A stretch of DNA of 64,000 bases, from positions 496,001 through 560,000 of the forward strand of contig JAYWIR010000049.1 in assembly GCA_036172245.1 (NCBI GenBank), in the 5' to 3' direction. Below are positions 62,386-64,000 of this stretch, piece by piece (the stretch's first letter is position 1; each line of letters opens with the position of its first letter). The translations under genes and the position numbers were made by a program. Below the pieces are notes generated by a model. It did not search any database. It saw only the letters and a program-made list of their open reading frames with translations, and was not told the DNA's origin. This DNA comes from Raillietiella orientalis (Eukaryota).

Positions 62386-63650
62386 CACCCGGTTATGTCA
62401 GGAAGTTTATTATAAAAAATAATAAACACACAGGTATAGGGTCACCGGCCTTACATTGTCCTAAAATGTTTGGAACCTGCCGAGTATCCTGCACGCAGGC
62501 CGGCGAGGTTAGTCTCAGCAGCGGAGGAGGAGGGGGAAAATAAAAAATAAACAAAGGAATATATACAAAAAATTGGGAGGGTTAGGGAAGGGATCACCGG
62601 GTGCTGGAGGGCGTTTTCTGCATCCTTTCCAGGATGCTGCCAAGTTCCTTTTGAGTATGTCCCAGGTGGGTCCATCTTGATGTCCTCATAGAGCTCAGGG
62701 TGAAGCAAATGGAGTTCCTTTGCGCCGTCCTCCTCTCGCGTGGCTCCAGGTCGCCGCAGCCCCGCTTAGGCAGCAGCCAAGAGCTGCTGGGATGCAGCGG
62801 ACGAAAGGGCATCGCACACGAAGGAGCGCTACATCACGTCCCTGGGAATGTCCTTTGATGGTCCAAGGGCTGTTACGTGAAGCAACCACAGGGGCCGGAG
62901 GGCAACACAGTTTGCAAGCAGGTGCAGGAAGGATTCCCGTTCCCCGCACTGAAACAGTCGGGGTCCACAGCCCCCCGGCTCCAGTGGGACCGGCGGGCGT
63001 TGCATGGGATATCCCAGTGTCGACGATCTGCATCTCTGAGCTCTTTGGGTGATGGACGCGTGTTCGTCCACCTCCAACCCCCACCACGTTCGGCCATACC
63101 GGCGAGTCTTTACAGTCTTTACAGAGACGACACGCGCTCTCGGAGGAAAAAAAAAATGCGTCTCCTCGTCGGCGACTCTGAATGATCTTCCCTGGTTCGC
63201 ACTTCGGGATGGAGCGAAAGATGCTTGAACGAACCGTCAAAGTGAAGTGTCGTTGTCGGAGGCAACGCTCCCGGCTGATACTCAGGCAATAGCGGTGCCG
63301 TTGCCTTCAAGAAACCCTACAAGGAGGGCTCCCCTTTTTGGTTCAAGCTGCCCATCGGACTAACGTGCATTCTCGGAAAAAGAGTGATGAAATGCACTAC
63401 GGAAATGGCAGACAGCCAAACCGACGATTTCGTTCTCATGCGCCCCGGGGTTCCTTCGACGGACGATTGGTTGGTTTTGCGGATGCAAAAAGACTGAACT
63501 GCGTCCATAAAGCCCCTTTGTTTCTTCTAAGAGGAAACGCTGCAATGCTTGAGTGCCTCGACGGCTCTTTTTCTCTTTTAAACGGGTACTTGGGATTTGC
63601 ATTGGGTGGATTTCCTCGTCATCCGTGGGCATGCTGAGATACATGGGTAA
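62386..63650 (-). mobile_element. LINE remnant (linker, C-terminal finger, 3'UTR, tail)
   Basis: FQCGERESFLHLLANCVALRPLW (~62950); family 3'UTR; terminal AATAAACTTCCTGACATAACCGGGTG. Confidence 0.75.
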
Positions 63651-63769
63651 TAGTTATCCACAAAAGTGGTGGCTGGTTTTGCACAACACGTATGGCGAAG
63701 TCTTGCCCGCGACCTGACGAACCCTAGAAAGATAACGTGGCATCAGACACGACAGCCATCGATATGGAG

Positions 63770-64000
63770 TCACACGAAGATGAGCTGACCATGCAGTGAC
63801 CAGACATCGAGACGGCGATCAGCCGATGCCTCCGAGATGAGCCAACGACACAGAGATCAGTAGACGTTACAAAGATCAGCCGAGATGAGCAGAAGACCCG
63901 AACAGGTCAAAAAAGCCGACACGACGATCATCCATCGGCAAGATGATCGCGGTGATGGACCACGACCGGAAGATGAGATGGAGATCCGAAGATGAGACGA
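63770..64000. repeat. Degenerate GATGAGCC/GATCAGCC minisatellite-like repeat
   Basis: Repeated agatgagc/gatcagccga; the same motif family occurs at 13170-13310. Confidence 0.6.

Noticed and set aside
61196..62415. 304-aa and 377-aa plus-strand ORFs
   Set aside because: Antisense shadows of the GC-rich minus-strand LINE ORF1, which carries the CCHC knuckle.

Overview
Eukaryotic (metazoan-type) genomic DNA with GT-AG introns, many only 40-80 nt. I found no prokaryotic features and no rRNA, tRNA or CRISPR array. Two host genes could be reconstructed by hand with consistent splice phases and lie head-to-head: a group XII secretory phospholipase A2 (minus strand, 4 coding exons, 41096-38509, 209 aa) and a CFAP251/WDR66-like ciliary WD40/EF-hand gene (plus strand, at least 18 exons, 45509-56135, start exon unresolved). 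Between them is a chain of minus-strand exons with no long ORF. Much of the rest is a nested pile of decayed, internally deleted copies of one L1/Tx1-type (APE-RT-CCHC) non-LTR retrotransposon family. Its copies share a covarying 3'-UTR RNA structure and a terminal AATAAA + CCCGG-loop-CCGGG-TG hairpin with almost no poly(A); one pair of copies inserted twice at the same site (17-bp TSD). Also present are NeSL/Utopia-like pieces (an intact 414-aa zinc-finger ORF behind a regularly spaced CCAAT/E-box array, and a CCHC-RLE 3' fragment), three perfect hairpins/palindromes and several simple repeats. All family assignments rest on motifs recognised from memory, not on database searches, and repeat boundaries are approximate.
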